A stretch of 64,000 nt of DNA from Terriglobia bacterium (GTDB lineage: Bacteria; Acidobacteriota; Terriglobia; Bryobacterales; Bryobacteraceae), in contig JANXYJ010000176.1 in the NCBI GenBank assembly GCA_025350105.1, positions 6,183-70,182 of the forward strand, read 5' to 3'. Below, one piece after another: positions 16,825 through 26,225 of the stretch. The notes beneath the pieces were generated by a model, which did not search any database, was not told the origin of the DNA, and saw nothing but the letters and a program-made list of their open reading frames with translations. Both the position numbers and the translations under genes were made by a program. Numbering within the stretch: position 1 is the first letter of the stretch; each line of letters starts with the position of its first letter.

Positions 16825-19083
16825 CTATTTCTTTGTTTCTGCGGGATTTACGCGTTCAATATCGCGTACGCCAGAAATGCGCCGCACCGCCGAAATGATC
16901 CGCTCCAGTTGCTTTTTGTCGCGCACTTCCAGAGTGACATCGATAATGGCTCCATCGGTTCCGCTTTCGTCGTCGCCGCGGGCTTCCAGACTGCGAATGT
17001 TGGACTGTTCGCCAAATAGAACCGTCGTAAGCTGATTCAGCAAGCCCGGGCGGTCCTGCGTATGGATCAGCAGCGTAACCAGAAAGCTCTCCGATGCCGT
17101 ACGTGCCCATTCGACATCAATTTTGCGCTCCACTTCGTACATCAGATTTTGTACGTTGGTGCAATTGCTGGAATGAACCGCTACGCCCTTCCCTCGCGTA
17201 ACGTAACCGACGATGGCTTCTCCGCGGATGGGATTGCAGCACTTCGCGCGGTACACCAGCAGTTCGTCGATCCCTTTAACCTTGATGACCAGATCCTGGT
17301 CACGGGGGTCACCGGAAGGCGAGGGAGGCTGGGCCTCCGGTTGTGGGGGGCGAACTGCCTCCGCCGGAACCTGATCGGGCGCCAGACGATGCAGCACCTG
17401 GCGCGGCGAATATTTTCCGTAACCGAGGGCCGCGTGCAGATCCTCCAACTTGCTGCACCCATATTCCGAGGCGACGGCCATCATCTGAGCTTCAGAGACC
17501 CGGCTTAGCGCCACCCCAAGCCGGCGCGCCTCGCGTTCCAAATACTTCACGCCGATCTCAACCGCCTTGGTTCGCTCTGTTGTGTTGATGACGTGCTTGA
17601 TCTTGTTGCGAGCACGCGAGGTCTTGACCAGCGACAGCCAATCCTTGCTGGGAAGGTGCCCAGCCTGGGTGAGAATCTCCACCACGTCGCCATTGCGCAA
17701 GCCGTATTTCAGTTGCACGATACGGCCGTTTACTTTCGCGCCGGTGCAAGTGTTGCCAACATCGGAATGGATGGCGTAGGCGAAGTCAATCGGGGTGGCG
17801 TCCCGGGGCAAAATGATTACTCGTCCCAGCGGCGTAAAGGTATATACTTCTTCTGGATACAGGTCAACCTTCAAGGTTGACATGAACTCGCCTGCGTCCT
17901 TCATGTCGCCTTGCCACTCGACCAACTGACGCAGCCAGGCCACCCGCTGGTCGTCCGCATCCGGACCGCGCTTGCCCTCTTTGTATTTCCAGTGCGCCGC
18001 GATGCCTTCTTCCGCCAGACGGTGCATTTCCTCAGTGCGGATCTGCACCTCAAAGGAACGGCCGGCGGGGCCCATCACTGAAGTATGCAGCGATTGATAC
18101 AGGTTCGGCCGAGGGATGGCAATGAAGTCCTTAATGCGTCCGGGAATGGGGTGCCACTCGTTGTGAATTACGCCTAGCGCGGCGTAGCAGTTCTTCACCG
18201 AGTCTGTAATGATTCGAACCGCCAGCAAGTCATACACCTGATCGATGGTGATCTTCTGCCGCTTCAGCTTGTCGAAGACGGAGTAGGCACGTTTCACGCG
18301 CCCCTCGACCCGTGCGGGAATTCCTTCGCGGGCCAAAAGCTGTTCGACAGTGTGACGAATCCCGGAGAGAAACTGTTCGTTGGGAACCCGCCCTGCTTCG
18401 AACTCCTTCAGCAGGCCGCTGGAGGCCTCCGGTTCCAGATAGTGGAACGCAAGGTCCTCCAATTCGCCACGAATCTTACCCATCCCGAGGCGGTGGGCAA
18501 TGGGCGCGTAAATCTCCATGGTCTCCGCCGAAATGCGCTGTTGCCGTTCGGGACTCAACGAGCCCAGCGTGCGCATATTGTGCAGCCGGTCCGCCAACTT
18601 CACCAGGATCACACGGATGTCGTTGACCATAGCCAACAACATTTTACGGACGCTTTCCGCCTGGCGCTCTTCACGATTGGCAAGATTCAGTTTGCTGAGT
18701 TTAGTGACGCCATCGACGCAACGGGCCACCTCCTCGCCAAACTCCTTGCGTACCTCCGCAATGGTAACGCTGGTATCCTCAACGACATCGTGAAGCAAGC
18801 CCGTGACCAAGCCCACAATATCGAGGTGCATGTCGGCCAGTTGGCGAGTGACCAGCAGGGGATGCACCATGTAGGGTTCACCGGACACGCGTTTCTGATC
18901 CTTGTGACGGTCCAGCGCAAAAAGATAGGCCTTCTTTAAGGAGGCCAAGTCTTCAGTGGGGCGAAGTTCAAGGATACGCGCTTCCAGATCGGCGTAGATC
19001 CGGGCGACCTGATCTGTGCCCGGAACAGGCGGAAGCATGCTATCGACGGCCCGGTTTTCGGCGGTTTGGGCGGGTTCAGGCAT
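16825..19083 (-). CDS. rel: bifunctional (p)ppGpp synthetase/hydrolase (RelA/SpoT homolog)
   Basis: 752 aa. It has an HD hydrolase domain (HDVVEDT) and a RelA_SpoT synthetase block (YQSLHT). TGS and C-terminal ACT domains follow. Confidence 0.95.
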   Translation of the reverse strand: MPEPAQTAENRAVDSMLPPVPGTDQVARIYADLEARILELRPTEDLASLKKAYLFALDRHKDQKRVSGEPYMVHPLLVTRQLADMHLDIVGLVTGLLHDVVEDTSVTIAEVRKEFGEEVARCVDGVTKLSKLNLANREERQAESVRKMLLAMVNDIRVILVKLADRLHNMRTLGSLSPERQQRISAETMEIYAPIAHRLGMGKIRGELEDLAFHYLEPEASSGLLKEFEAGRVPNEQFLSGIRHTVEQLLAREGIPARVEGRVKRAYSVFDKLKRQKITIDQVYDLLAVRIITDSVKNCYAALGVIHNEWHPIPGRIKDFIAIPRPNLYQSLHTSVMGPAGRSFEVQIRTEEMHRLAEEGIAAHWKYKEGKRGPDADDQRVAWLRQLVEWQGDMKDAGEFMSTLKVDLYPEEVYTFTPLGRVIILPRDATPIDFAYAIHSDVGNTCTGAKVNGRIVQLKYGLRNGDVVEILTQAGHLPSKDWLSLVKTSRARNKIKHVINTTERTKAVEIGVKYLEREARRLGVALSRVSEAQMMAVASEYGCSKLEDLHAALGYGKYSPRQVLHRLAPDQVPAEAVRPPQPEAQPPSPSGDPRDQDLVIKVKGIDELLVYRAKCCNPIRGEAIVGYVTRGKGVAVHSSNCTNVQNLMYEVERKIDVEWARTASESFLVTLLIHTQDRPGLLNQLTTVLFGEQSNIRSLEARGDDESGTDGAIIDVTLEVRDKKQLERIISAVRRISGVRDIERVNPAETKK

Positions 19084-19231
19084 CTAGTTCTGCGACATCT
19101 CTACGCACTCCGCGTGGAGGCGCTACACTCTTTAGTTTAACCACTCTAGTTTAACCAACCCCAGTGATGGCGAGTCCTGTCATGTCCTTCCTTGATGAAG
19201 GCAACTTGAAAAGGCAGTTTAAAAAGGCGAC

Positions 19232-19268
19232 TTGAAAAGACAAAGCGCCGTACCTTTCGGCACGGCGC
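19232..19268 (-). terminator. Rho-independent terminator ending the long minus-strand gene string
   Basis: The minus strand reads GCGCCGUGCC-GAAA-GGUACGGCGC (10-bp stem with one G-U pair and a GAAA loop) followed by UUUGUCUUUUC. It starts 27 nt after the TPR gene stop. Confidence 0.8.
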
Positions 19269-19294
19269 CATCGCAGACAATCACCAGTAAGAAA

Positions 19295-20137
19295 TTAGTC
19301 CTGCTGAATTCCGCCCTGGGTCTTCTTTTCTGCTTTATCCTGCTTCAGTTTTTTCGTATCCAATGCCTTTTGCAGCCAGCCGTCGGCCTCCGCCACTTGG
19401 GCCTTGTAAGCTGCCGAGTCATCTGCCAAATCGGCGCGTTCACGAATCAACAGGTTCATGTAGGCCATGGCATCGTCGTTTTCGGGGTCGATCTCCAGAG
19501 ACTTTTTTAAATTCCCCAGACCTTCTTCGACGCTGGAACCGAATTTAGCAGCCAGTTCAGCCTTGGCTTTCTTGTCCTTCAGCGGTCCCGGATCGTCCGG
19601 CTTCATACTTGCATTCAAGCGCGCCAACATCAGCGCTGGATAGAACTTCTTCTGCGCGATGGCACCTAGACTGTAGTATCCGTCACGGCTTTTGGGATCT
19701 GCCGTCACTAACTTCGTGTACCAACCCGCAGCTTCGTCGAATTTGGCGGCTTTCTGGTCGCCGGGAAGCTGATCGGCTTCATTGTACGCCAGCGACGCCA
19801 TGGAGGCCAGTGCAACGGTCTCCTTCGGATCTCTTTCCAATACCTTGTTGAACTCCTCGCGGGCCTGGGCCGCGAACTGCAAGTTCTCGGGTGAGGAAGC
19901 ACCCGGAATCCACTGCATCATATAAGCGGTGGCCAAGTAAGTGCGGGCGTTAGGATTATCGGGATCCAGGTCAATCGCTTCCTTGAAGAAGCCAACGGCG
20001 TCGTTGTACTTCGCGTTCTTGTAGGCGGTGACGCCTTTATTCAGGTCGTCACGCGACTTCAGTTTGTTGCACCCAGTGCCAAGAATGGTTAGAGCACCGG
20101 CCAACACAGTGGCTGTAAGTAGAGTTGTATTCCGCAT
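19295..20137 (-). CDS. tetratricopeptide-repeat lipoprotein
   Basis: 280 aa. The signal carries the lipobox LGTGC. There are multiple TPR-like units (AVGFFKEAIDLDPDNPNA...). It is the last gene of the tonB-exbBD cluster. Confidence 0.75.
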   Translation of the reverse strand: MRNTTLLTATVLAGALTILGTGCNKLKSRDDLNKGVTAYKNAKYNDAVGFFKEAIDLDPDNPNARTYLATAYMMQWIPGASSPENLQFAAQAREEFNKVLERDPKETVALASMASLAYNEADQLPGDQKAAKFDEAAGWYTKLVTADPKSRDGYYSLGAIAQKKFYPALMLARLNASMKPDDPGPLKDKKAKAELAAKFGSSVEEGLGNLKKSLEIDPENDDAMAYMNLLIRERADLADDSAAYKAQVAEADGWLQKALDTKKLKQDKAEKKTQGGIQQD

Positions 20138-20152
20138 AAATCTGAGATCCTC

Positions 20153-20581
20153 TTACTGGCCCAATTCTGCTTTCGGCGTCATCAAACCGACCTTGTCAAT
20201 CTGCGCGCCCTTGGCAATATCGATGGCATGCGCAACGGTTTGATAATCCAGATCCGGATCGCCCTTGACGAACACAACACGTTCGGCGCGGGTCTTGAAG
20301 ACCTCCGTTAACCGGTTGCCGAGTTGGCTTTCCTCAATCGGATCCTGATTCAGCTTCATCGATTTATCTTTCTCGATGACGATCACCACGGTGCGATCCT
20401 GATTGGGCGGCGGCGGCGGCGCGTTGGGCGGCGGCGGCTGAGGCGCCAGGGCTTCCAGTCCATGCGGCGTCAGGGGCGTGATGACCATGAAAATGATCAA
20501 CAGCACCAACAATACGTCAATTAAAGGGGTTACGTTGATATCCCGTTGCGGCCCACCGCTTCCACCTACTGCAAATGCCAT
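20153..20581 (-). CDS. exbD: ExbD/TolR family biopolymer transport protein
   Basis: 142 aa. The TM segment is INVTPLIDVLLVLLIIFMV. A Pro-rich linker follows. Confidence 0.85.
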   Translation of the reverse strand: MAFAVGGSGGPQRDINVTPLIDVLLVLLIIFMVITPLTPHGLEALAPQPPPPNAPPPPPNQDRTVVIVIEKDKSMKLNQDPIEESQLGNRLTEVFKTRAERVVFVKGDPDLDYQTVAHAIDIAKGAQIDKVGLMTPKAELGQ

Positions 20582-20620
20582 GGCGATCTCCTTAAGATCC
20601 TAAAAATCTAATCTCCAAAA

Positions 20621-21067
20621 CTAGTTTGCCGGCGCCGGCTTCTTTTTGTCCTGACCGATCTGCTCGGTGAGCAGCCCGATCTGATCCACGCCAGCCGCGC
20701 GCAGGCTATCCACAACTTCTTCCACCCGTTCGTACTTTGAACGCATGTCCGCTTTAATATAGACCGTCTTATCCAGCTTGTTGGTCTGCAGGTCACGAAC
20801 CTTGCCCGGCAAATCATCCACCGTCAAGCGTTTGTTTCCAGGACTCAAAAAGACTTCCCCATTCCGGGTGATTGCAACCAGGATGGCATCTTCTTTGTCA
20901 GCATCCTTCATCGCGATCGGATTCTTGGTCTTCACCAAATCGACGTTTTGGCCCTTGGTGAGCATGGGCGTTATGACCATGAAGATGATCAGCAACACCA
21001 ACATGACGTCAACCATCGGCGTGACGTTGATATCGGAAGTTACGCCGGGTGCTTTTTGCTTTTGCAT
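20621..21067 (-). CDS. exbD: ExbD/TolR family biopolymer transport protein (second paralog)
   Basis: 148 aa. The block INVTPMVDVMLVLLIIFMV is present. Confidence 0.85.
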   Translation of the reverse strand: MQKQKAPGVTSDINVTPMVDVMLVLLIIFMVITPMLTKGQNVDLVKTKNPIAMKDADKEDAILVAITRNGEVFLSPGNKRLTVDDLPGKVRDLQTNKLDKTVYIKADMRSKYERVEEVVDSLRAAGVDQIGLLTEQIGQDKKKPAPAN

Positions 21068-21179
21068 TGAATCGCCTCCAGTTTCCTAACTCGTTCGCAC
21101 AATCCAAAGCAGATCCGGATGCGCGCCGCAGCGGTTGCCGCAGCGCGCCATCTGGTTTCAACTCGGGAGAAAGAAACGA

Positions 21180-21914
21180 CTACTTACCGGCGCCGGCCTT
21201 TTGGGTCCGCTTCAGGAAATAGTCCACCAATTCGGAACTGGAGTTACCCATTTCCACGTCAAAGGCTTCAATACGGCCGCTGAAGTAGTTGTAGGCCCAG
21301 ACCGCCGGAATAGCCACAAACAAACCTACTGCCGTGGTAACCAGCGCTTCGGAAATACCACCGGCAACCGCGCCCAGACCAGTCGACTTTTCCGTCGAGA
21401 TGCCCTTGAACGCGTTGATGATGCCGACGACGGTTCCCAACAATCCGACGAACGGCGCCGTCGAACCGATGGTGGCCAAGGTGGAAACGCCGCGCTTCAA
21501 TTCGGCGTGCACGATGGCCTCTGCACGCTCCAGTGCGCGGTGCGAAGCGTCGATCACTTCACCCGATATATCCTGGCTTAACTGATGGGCCTTGAATTCC
21601 TGCAACCCTGCGACAACGACTTTCGCCAAGTGGCTCTTCGGGTAGCGGTCTGCGATCTTGATGGCTTCATCCAGCTTGCCTTCCCGCAATGCGCCCGCGA
21701 CAGCAGGGGCGAACTGACGGGACTGGGTGCGCGCACCGGAGTAGGCAATGTAACGGTCAATCATGACGCCGATGGACCAGGCCGACATGACGAACAGAAT
21801 CAGCACGATGATACGGGCTAACCAGCCCATCTGATTCCACATGGAGCGCGGGTCGAAACTCATCCCGGCGTCCTGTAGGAACATAAACGCCAAAAGCTGC
21901 AATTGTAAAAGCAT
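21180..21914 (-). CDS. exbB: MotA/TolQ/ExbB proton-channel family protein
   Basis: 244 aa. The C-terminal block LATIGSTAPFVGLLGTVVGIINAF is present. Confidence 0.9.
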   Translation of the reverse strand: MLLQLQLLAFMFLQDAGMSFDPRSMWNQMGWLARIIVLILFVMSAWSIGVMIDRYIAYSGARTQSRQFAPAVAGALREGKLDEAIKIADRYPKSHLAKVVVAGLQEFKAHQLSQDISGEVIDASHRALERAEAIVHAELKRGVSTLATIGSTAPFVGLLGTVVGIINAFKGISTEKSTGLGAVAGGISEALVTTAVGLFVAIPAVWAYNYFSGRIEAFDVEMGNSSSELVDYFLKRTQKAGAGK

Positions 21915-21974
21915 GATAGTCTCCTGCGAGTTGAAATTTGAAAAGCGGGTGTTGTTGAGACACCCGCCTTGGTA

Positions 21975-22715
21975 CTACTGGCTCAAAGTGAAATTTACGT
22001 CAATTTGAGTGATTACTTCTACCGGCTCCCCGTTCAGCAAAGTCGGTTTGTACACCCACTGCTTCACCGCATCGGTCGCCGAGGCAACAAGCATCGGGTG
22101 ACCGCTGATCATTTGAAGATTTTGAATCGTACCATCCTTGCCGATGATGGCTTGGAAACGTACGGTTCCCTGCACACGCGCCGATTTCGCCAAAGCGGGA
22201 TACACCGGCGTGATCTTTTTGATGAGGTTGGCTGCCTGGACGTTTCCACCCACGCGCAATGGCTCCTTGTTCACCGCGACCGCGGCTACGGGAGGAGGCG
22301 GGGGAGGCGGCGGCGGGGGCGCAACTCCGATGCCACCAATGTTGCCGGGAATTCCGCCCGGAATACCAGTGTTGATCGTCTGCGCGGCCGTTGGCAGGAT
22401 TGCGTTCGGGTCCTCAACAATAATCTGAACGTTTTTCGGAATTTCACGCGGCGCCATCAGACGGCCGGCGTCAAACTGGCGGGGAGCCACTTTAATCACC
22501 TTTACCACGGCAGGCGGCGGAGGAGGCGGCGGTGGTGGCGGAGGAGGCGGCGCCGTCAACATGCTGGTCAACTGCGCTTGCGGCAGCACGTCCGTGTAAA
22601 TCAAGGGAATCAGCACCAAAACGCCGGTGGCGATAAACTGGCCCGCGAAAGACAGCAGCACGGTCCAGCTTTTGTTCGTCTTACCCTCACCGTCAACGAA
22701 TGTTTGATTGAACAT
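21975..22715 (-). CDS. tonB: energy transducer TonB
   Basis: 246 aa. It has an N-terminal TM anchor and two poly-Pro tracts. The C-terminal TonB domain reads PVYPALAKSARVQGTVRFQAIIGKDGTIQN. Confidence 0.85.
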   Translation of the reverse strand: MFNQTFVDGEGKTNKSWTVLLSFAGQFIATGVLVLIPLIYTDVLPQAQLTSMLTAPPPPPPPPPPPPPAVVKVIKVAPRQFDAGRLMAPREIPKNVQIIVEDPNAILPTAAQTINTGIPGGIPGNIGGIGVAPPPPPPPPPPVAAVAVNKEPLRVGGNVQAANLIKKITPVYPALAKSARVQGTVRFQAIIGKDGTIQNLQMISGHPMLVASATDAVKQWVYKPTLLNGEPVEVITQIDVNFTLSQ

Positions 22716-22782
22716 CTCGTTCAGTTCCTTTCCGAATTCGTTTCGCTACCTAAACCTGAGAACCGCAACCACAGCATTGCAC

Positions 22783-24021
22783 CTACCGAACCGCTTTGCG
22801 GGGCGCCGCGGCCCGGGAGCCAGTCACGGGCACGTCCTTCACTACCACAGGAACCGGCGGCACCTTGGCTCCGCTACCTGAGTTCCCCCTGGAATCCAGG
22901 AAGTTCTGCCAGAATATCAAAATCGGGCTGGCCACAAATATTGACGAATACGTTCCCACCAAAATCCCAACCACTAGGGCGAAGGCGAAGTTATTCAGCA
23001 CCTGTCCGCCGAATAAGAACAGTGACAGCGCCGTCAGCAAGGTGAGGCCGCTGGTCAGCACCGTCCGGCTGAGGGTCTGATTGACGCTTAAGTTGATCAG
23101 ATCCGTAAAGGATTGCCGCCGCGTGATTTTCAGGTTTTCGCGGATGCGATCAAAAACCACGATGGTATCGTTCATCGAATAACCCACCAGCGTCAGCAGC
23201 GCCGCCACAACCGTCAGCGATATTTCCCGATTAAACAAAGAGAACAAGCCAATCGTGATGATGGTGTCGTGAAACACGGCAATCACGGCGGCCACACCGT
23301 AAATCCATTCAAACCGGATGGCGATATAAACCAGCATGCCCGCTAGCGCGTACAAAGTTGCGCGGATCGCCTGGCCTTGCAAGTCTTTTCCTACCTTCGG
23401 ACCAACGACCTCGGCCGAGAGCACAGTGAACGGGCCCAGAGCGCATTGCTGTTTCAACGCGGAAATGATTTGCGGCGTCACCCCCGCCACACCAGACACC
23501 TCGTCCACCGATTTCAGCAAGCCACCCTTGGAAGCCCGATACGCCTCCACGCCCTTTACGACGTTTTGCAAATCCTGCTCGGAGAGTGTCACGCCCGCAG
23601 TGAGCAACGGCTCACGCAGCTTGTCGGCCAACTGTTCAGCAGAAGAGTTATTCAGATCCAGCTTCCCATCTTGGACCCCGAACGTGCTTCGCAAAGTATC
23701 TTCGATAATTTGCCGATTCGCGTTTAAGGCCTTCTCATCCCTTATTTCGGTACCGATCAAAACTTCCTGGCTTCCGGTCACCTGTTGGACCGAAATCTCA
23801 CCCTGAATTTTGCTCTCCAGCGCCGCACGGATCTTCTGTACCGGCGGCTCCTGGTTGAACCGGACATACAGCAGCGCGCCACCTTTGAAATCGATCCCAT
23901 ACTTGGGACCGCCCTTCATCAGCAGGCTGCCTAGCCCCAAAACTGTCAGTACCAGGGAAGCCCCGATGAACGGCCACTTCTTGCCCAGAAAGTCGAAATT
24001 TGTACTCTTAAATAATTCCAT
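22783..24021 (-). CDS. secF: protein translocase subunit SecF
   Basis: 412 aa. GIDFKGG and YSMNDTIVVFDRIREN blocks are present. Confidence 0.95.
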   Translation of the reverse strand: MELFKSTNFDFLGKKWPFIGASLVLTVLGLGSLLMKGGPKYGIDFKGGALLYVRFNQEPPVQKIRAALESKIQGEISVQQVTGSQEVLIGTEIRDEKALNANRQIIEDTLRSTFGVQDGKLDLNNSSAEQLADKLREPLLTAGVTLSEQDLQNVVKGVEAYRASKGGLLKSVDEVSGVAGVTPQIISALKQQCALGPFTVLSAEVVGPKVGKDLQGQAIRATLYALAGMLVYIAIRFEWIYGVAAVIAVFHDTIITIGLFSLFNREISLTVVAALLTLVGYSMNDTIVVFDRIRENLKITRRQSFTDLINLSVNQTLSRTVLTSGLTLLTALSLFLFGGQVLNNFAFALVVGILVGTYSSIFVASPILIFWQNFLDSRGNSGSGAKVPPVPVVVKDVPVTGSRAAAPRKAVR

Positions 24022-24187
24022 TCGAACGTTTATACCAAGCGTCTAAACGGGGCTGGTCTCTACAGACACCACCCGCGCCCAGAAAGTTCCCAAAATCTGC
24101 AGCCGATTGTTGTGGTTTTTAAAAATACCACAAAACACGGCTGGTTCAAACAAGATACCGGAAAATGTTTCAACAGGCAGGCAACAA

Positions 24188-25810
24188 CTAGATGCTGACC
24201 GCCAAATCTTTCTTCTGTCCGCCCAGCTCCCAATCAAAAATGGTTTTGGAAACAAAAACGGCTGTAAATATGTTTGCGATCAAACCGATAACCAGGGTGA
24301 CCGCGAACCCCTTCACGGGGCCAGTTCCGAATAAGAACAGAAACGCACAGGAGACCACGGTGGTAACATGGGTATCCACAATGGTCAAAAAAGCTTTGCT
24401 GAACCCAGCGTCCACGGCTGGAATGGGAGCCTTCCCCGCCCTCAACTCTTCCCGAATACGCTCAAAAATAAGCACGTTGGAATCCACCGCCATACCAATG
24501 GTCAAGATTACGCCGGCGATTCCCGGCAGCGTCAGCACTGCATTAAAGTAGCTGAGCGCCGCAATCAAAATAATCGCATTCAGAACCAGCGCAAGTGTCG
24601 CATTCACTCCAGCCTTCTTGTAATAGACCAGCATGACTAGGACTACTGCGATTACGCCAGCAATGCCGGCATACAACCCTGCCTTGATCGAATCGGCCCC
24701 TAGCGATGGGCCCACGGTTCGTTCTTCCAAGTATTCGACACTTGCCGGCAGGGAACCCGCGCGCAGGTTGAGCGCCAAATCCGCTGCGTCTTCGCGAGTG
24801 CCCGCCCCAGTGATGCGTCCCGTATCGCTAATTTTTGACTGAATTGTAGGCGCGCTCAAAACGTTCTTGTCCAGCACGATCGCCATTCGTTTGCCAATAT
24901 TGGCACCGGTGTAGCGTTCAAACCGTTTGGCCGCTTCCTGGGAAAGCACAAAGTTGGTTTGCCAGTTTCCGGCCGTCTGGTCGGGCGATGCACTGGCGTC
25001 CTTTAGGTCGCGCCCCGTTACCACCGGCGTACGCGCCAGAAGGTACGTTTCAGCCGGGGCTCCGGCATGTGCCGGGCTCACCAGCACCTGGCTGTTCAAC
25101 GGAAGCATGCCGCCTTTGCTGCTGAGCGCTTCGTCCCTTGAAGCATAAGGCCCGCCCACCACTTCATAGAGTTCCAGCATGGCCGCTGTTTTCAGAATCT
25201 GTTTGATGCGGGCCGGATCGTCCACGCCGGGCAACTGCACCAGCAGTTCCGCATCGGTTGCGCTACCGCCGCGCTGTTGTACGCTCGACTCAGCCAGACC
25301 GAGCGCGTTCACCTTCTTTTCGATAGTGTTCATGCTCTGAGTCAGGGTGTCCTGCCGCAGTTTCAGCGCCTCGGTGGCCTTCATCGTCAACCGATAGTCG
25401 GTGGGGTTCACCGTCGCCACGTTCCATACGCCGCCGTAGTTGTCGTTGACGATGGTCCTGAAATCGCCCGCCCGGGTCGCGGGTATGCCCTTGACTGAGA
25501 CCTCTATGGTATCCGCTGTTTGTAAGGTGGAGGGTTCATTGCGGCTCATCTCCGTGTAGGTGACGCCCTTGGCCCCCAACTGATCGCGCAAACGTTGAAT
25601 GACGGTGTCGGCTTCGGCTTTGAACGCATCTTGGATCTGTACTTGCAGCACTAATTGACTGCCGCCTTTTAAATCCAGACCCAGATGGATATTGTTCTGC
25701 CAGTTCTGAACCAACTGTTCCTTGGACGTGGGCAGGCCGATGATGCCGTAGACGCAGACAAGAATGATGGCGAGGATGGCCAGCATTCTAATTTTTAAAG
25801 AGGATGTCAT
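24188..25810 (-). CDS. secD: protein translocase subunit SecD
   Basis: 540 aa. LGLDLKGG and AVDSNVLIFERIREE blocks are present. Confidence 0.95.
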   Translation of the reverse strand: MTSSLKIRMLAILAIILVCVYGIIGLPTSKEQLVQNWQNNIHLGLDLKGGSQLVLQVQIQDAFKAEADTVIQRLRDQLGAKGVTYTEMSRNEPSTLQTADTIEVSVKGIPATRAGDFRTIVNDNYGGVWNVATVNPTDYRLTMKATEALKLRQDTLTQSMNTIEKKVNALGLAESSVQQRGGSATDAELLVQLPGVDDPARIKQILKTAAMLELYEVVGGPYASRDEALSSKGGMLPLNSQVLVSPAHAGAPAETYLLARTPVVTGRDLKDASASPDQTAGNWQTNFVLSQEAAKRFERYTGANIGKRMAIVLDKNVLSAPTIQSKISDTGRITGAGTREDAADLALNLRAGSLPASVEYLEERTVGPSLGADSIKAGLYAGIAGVIAVVLVMLVYYKKAGVNATLALVLNAIILIAALSYFNAVLTLPGIAGVILTIGMAVDSNVLIFERIREELRAGKAPIPAVDAGFSKAFLTIVDTHVTTVVSCAFLFLFGTGPVKGFAVTLVIGLIANIFTAVFVSKTIFDWELGGQKKDLAVSI

Positions 25811-25842
25811 GATGTAAATTTCTGGTGTAAATTTCTGAAAAC

Positions 25843-26193
25843 TTATTTCTTGTCGTCTTTCTTGTCGTCGCCCGCCACTGCAGCGGCTTTCATTTCCGTA
25901 ACCAGCCCGCTGACTGCGCTGCGTGCCACTTGCAATTTCAGGTTGTCAGGCTTCACGCGCAGCACCATACTATCGCCGCTGATGCTGACGATGGTCCCGA
26001 TGATGCCGCCCGTGGTGACCACTTCATTGCCGCTTTGCAAATTTTGCAGCATCGCAGCCTGCTGCTTCTTCTGCTTCTGCATGGGCATGAACACCAGAAC
26101 GTAAAAAATGCCCACGATCAGAACCAGCGAAAGAGGCTGGATGATCCCGTTCAAGGATTGTTGCTGCAGAATCAGGCCAAACAATTGCATCAT
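25843..26193 (-). CDS. yajC: preprotein translocase subunit YajC
   Basis: 116 aa. It has a single TM helix, then PMQKQKKQQ and GGIIGTIVSI blocks. It sits between tgt and secD as in many bacteria. Confidence 0.9.
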   Translation of the reverse strand: MMQLFGLILQQQSLNGIIQPLSLVLIVGIFYVLVFMPMQKQKKQQAAMLQNLQSGNEVVTTGGIIGTIVSISGDSMVLRVKPDNLKLQVARSAVSGLVTEMKAAAVAGDDKKDDKK

Positions 26194-26225
26194 TTTTCGT
26201 TTTACGCTTCGTTTAAGCCGCCGAA

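Noticed and set aside
21110-21160. GC-rich imperfect palindrome between exbB and exbD as a distinct element
   Set aside because: The pairing is imperfect and it is probably just an intercistronic structure. It is too weak to call as a terminator or repeat family from one copy.
21969-23045. 358-aa ORF on the plus strand with poly-Arg/Gly tracts
   Set aside because: It is the mirror image of tonB (its poly-Pro reads as poly-Gly/Arg on the other strand) and of the secF 3' end. It is not an independent gene.
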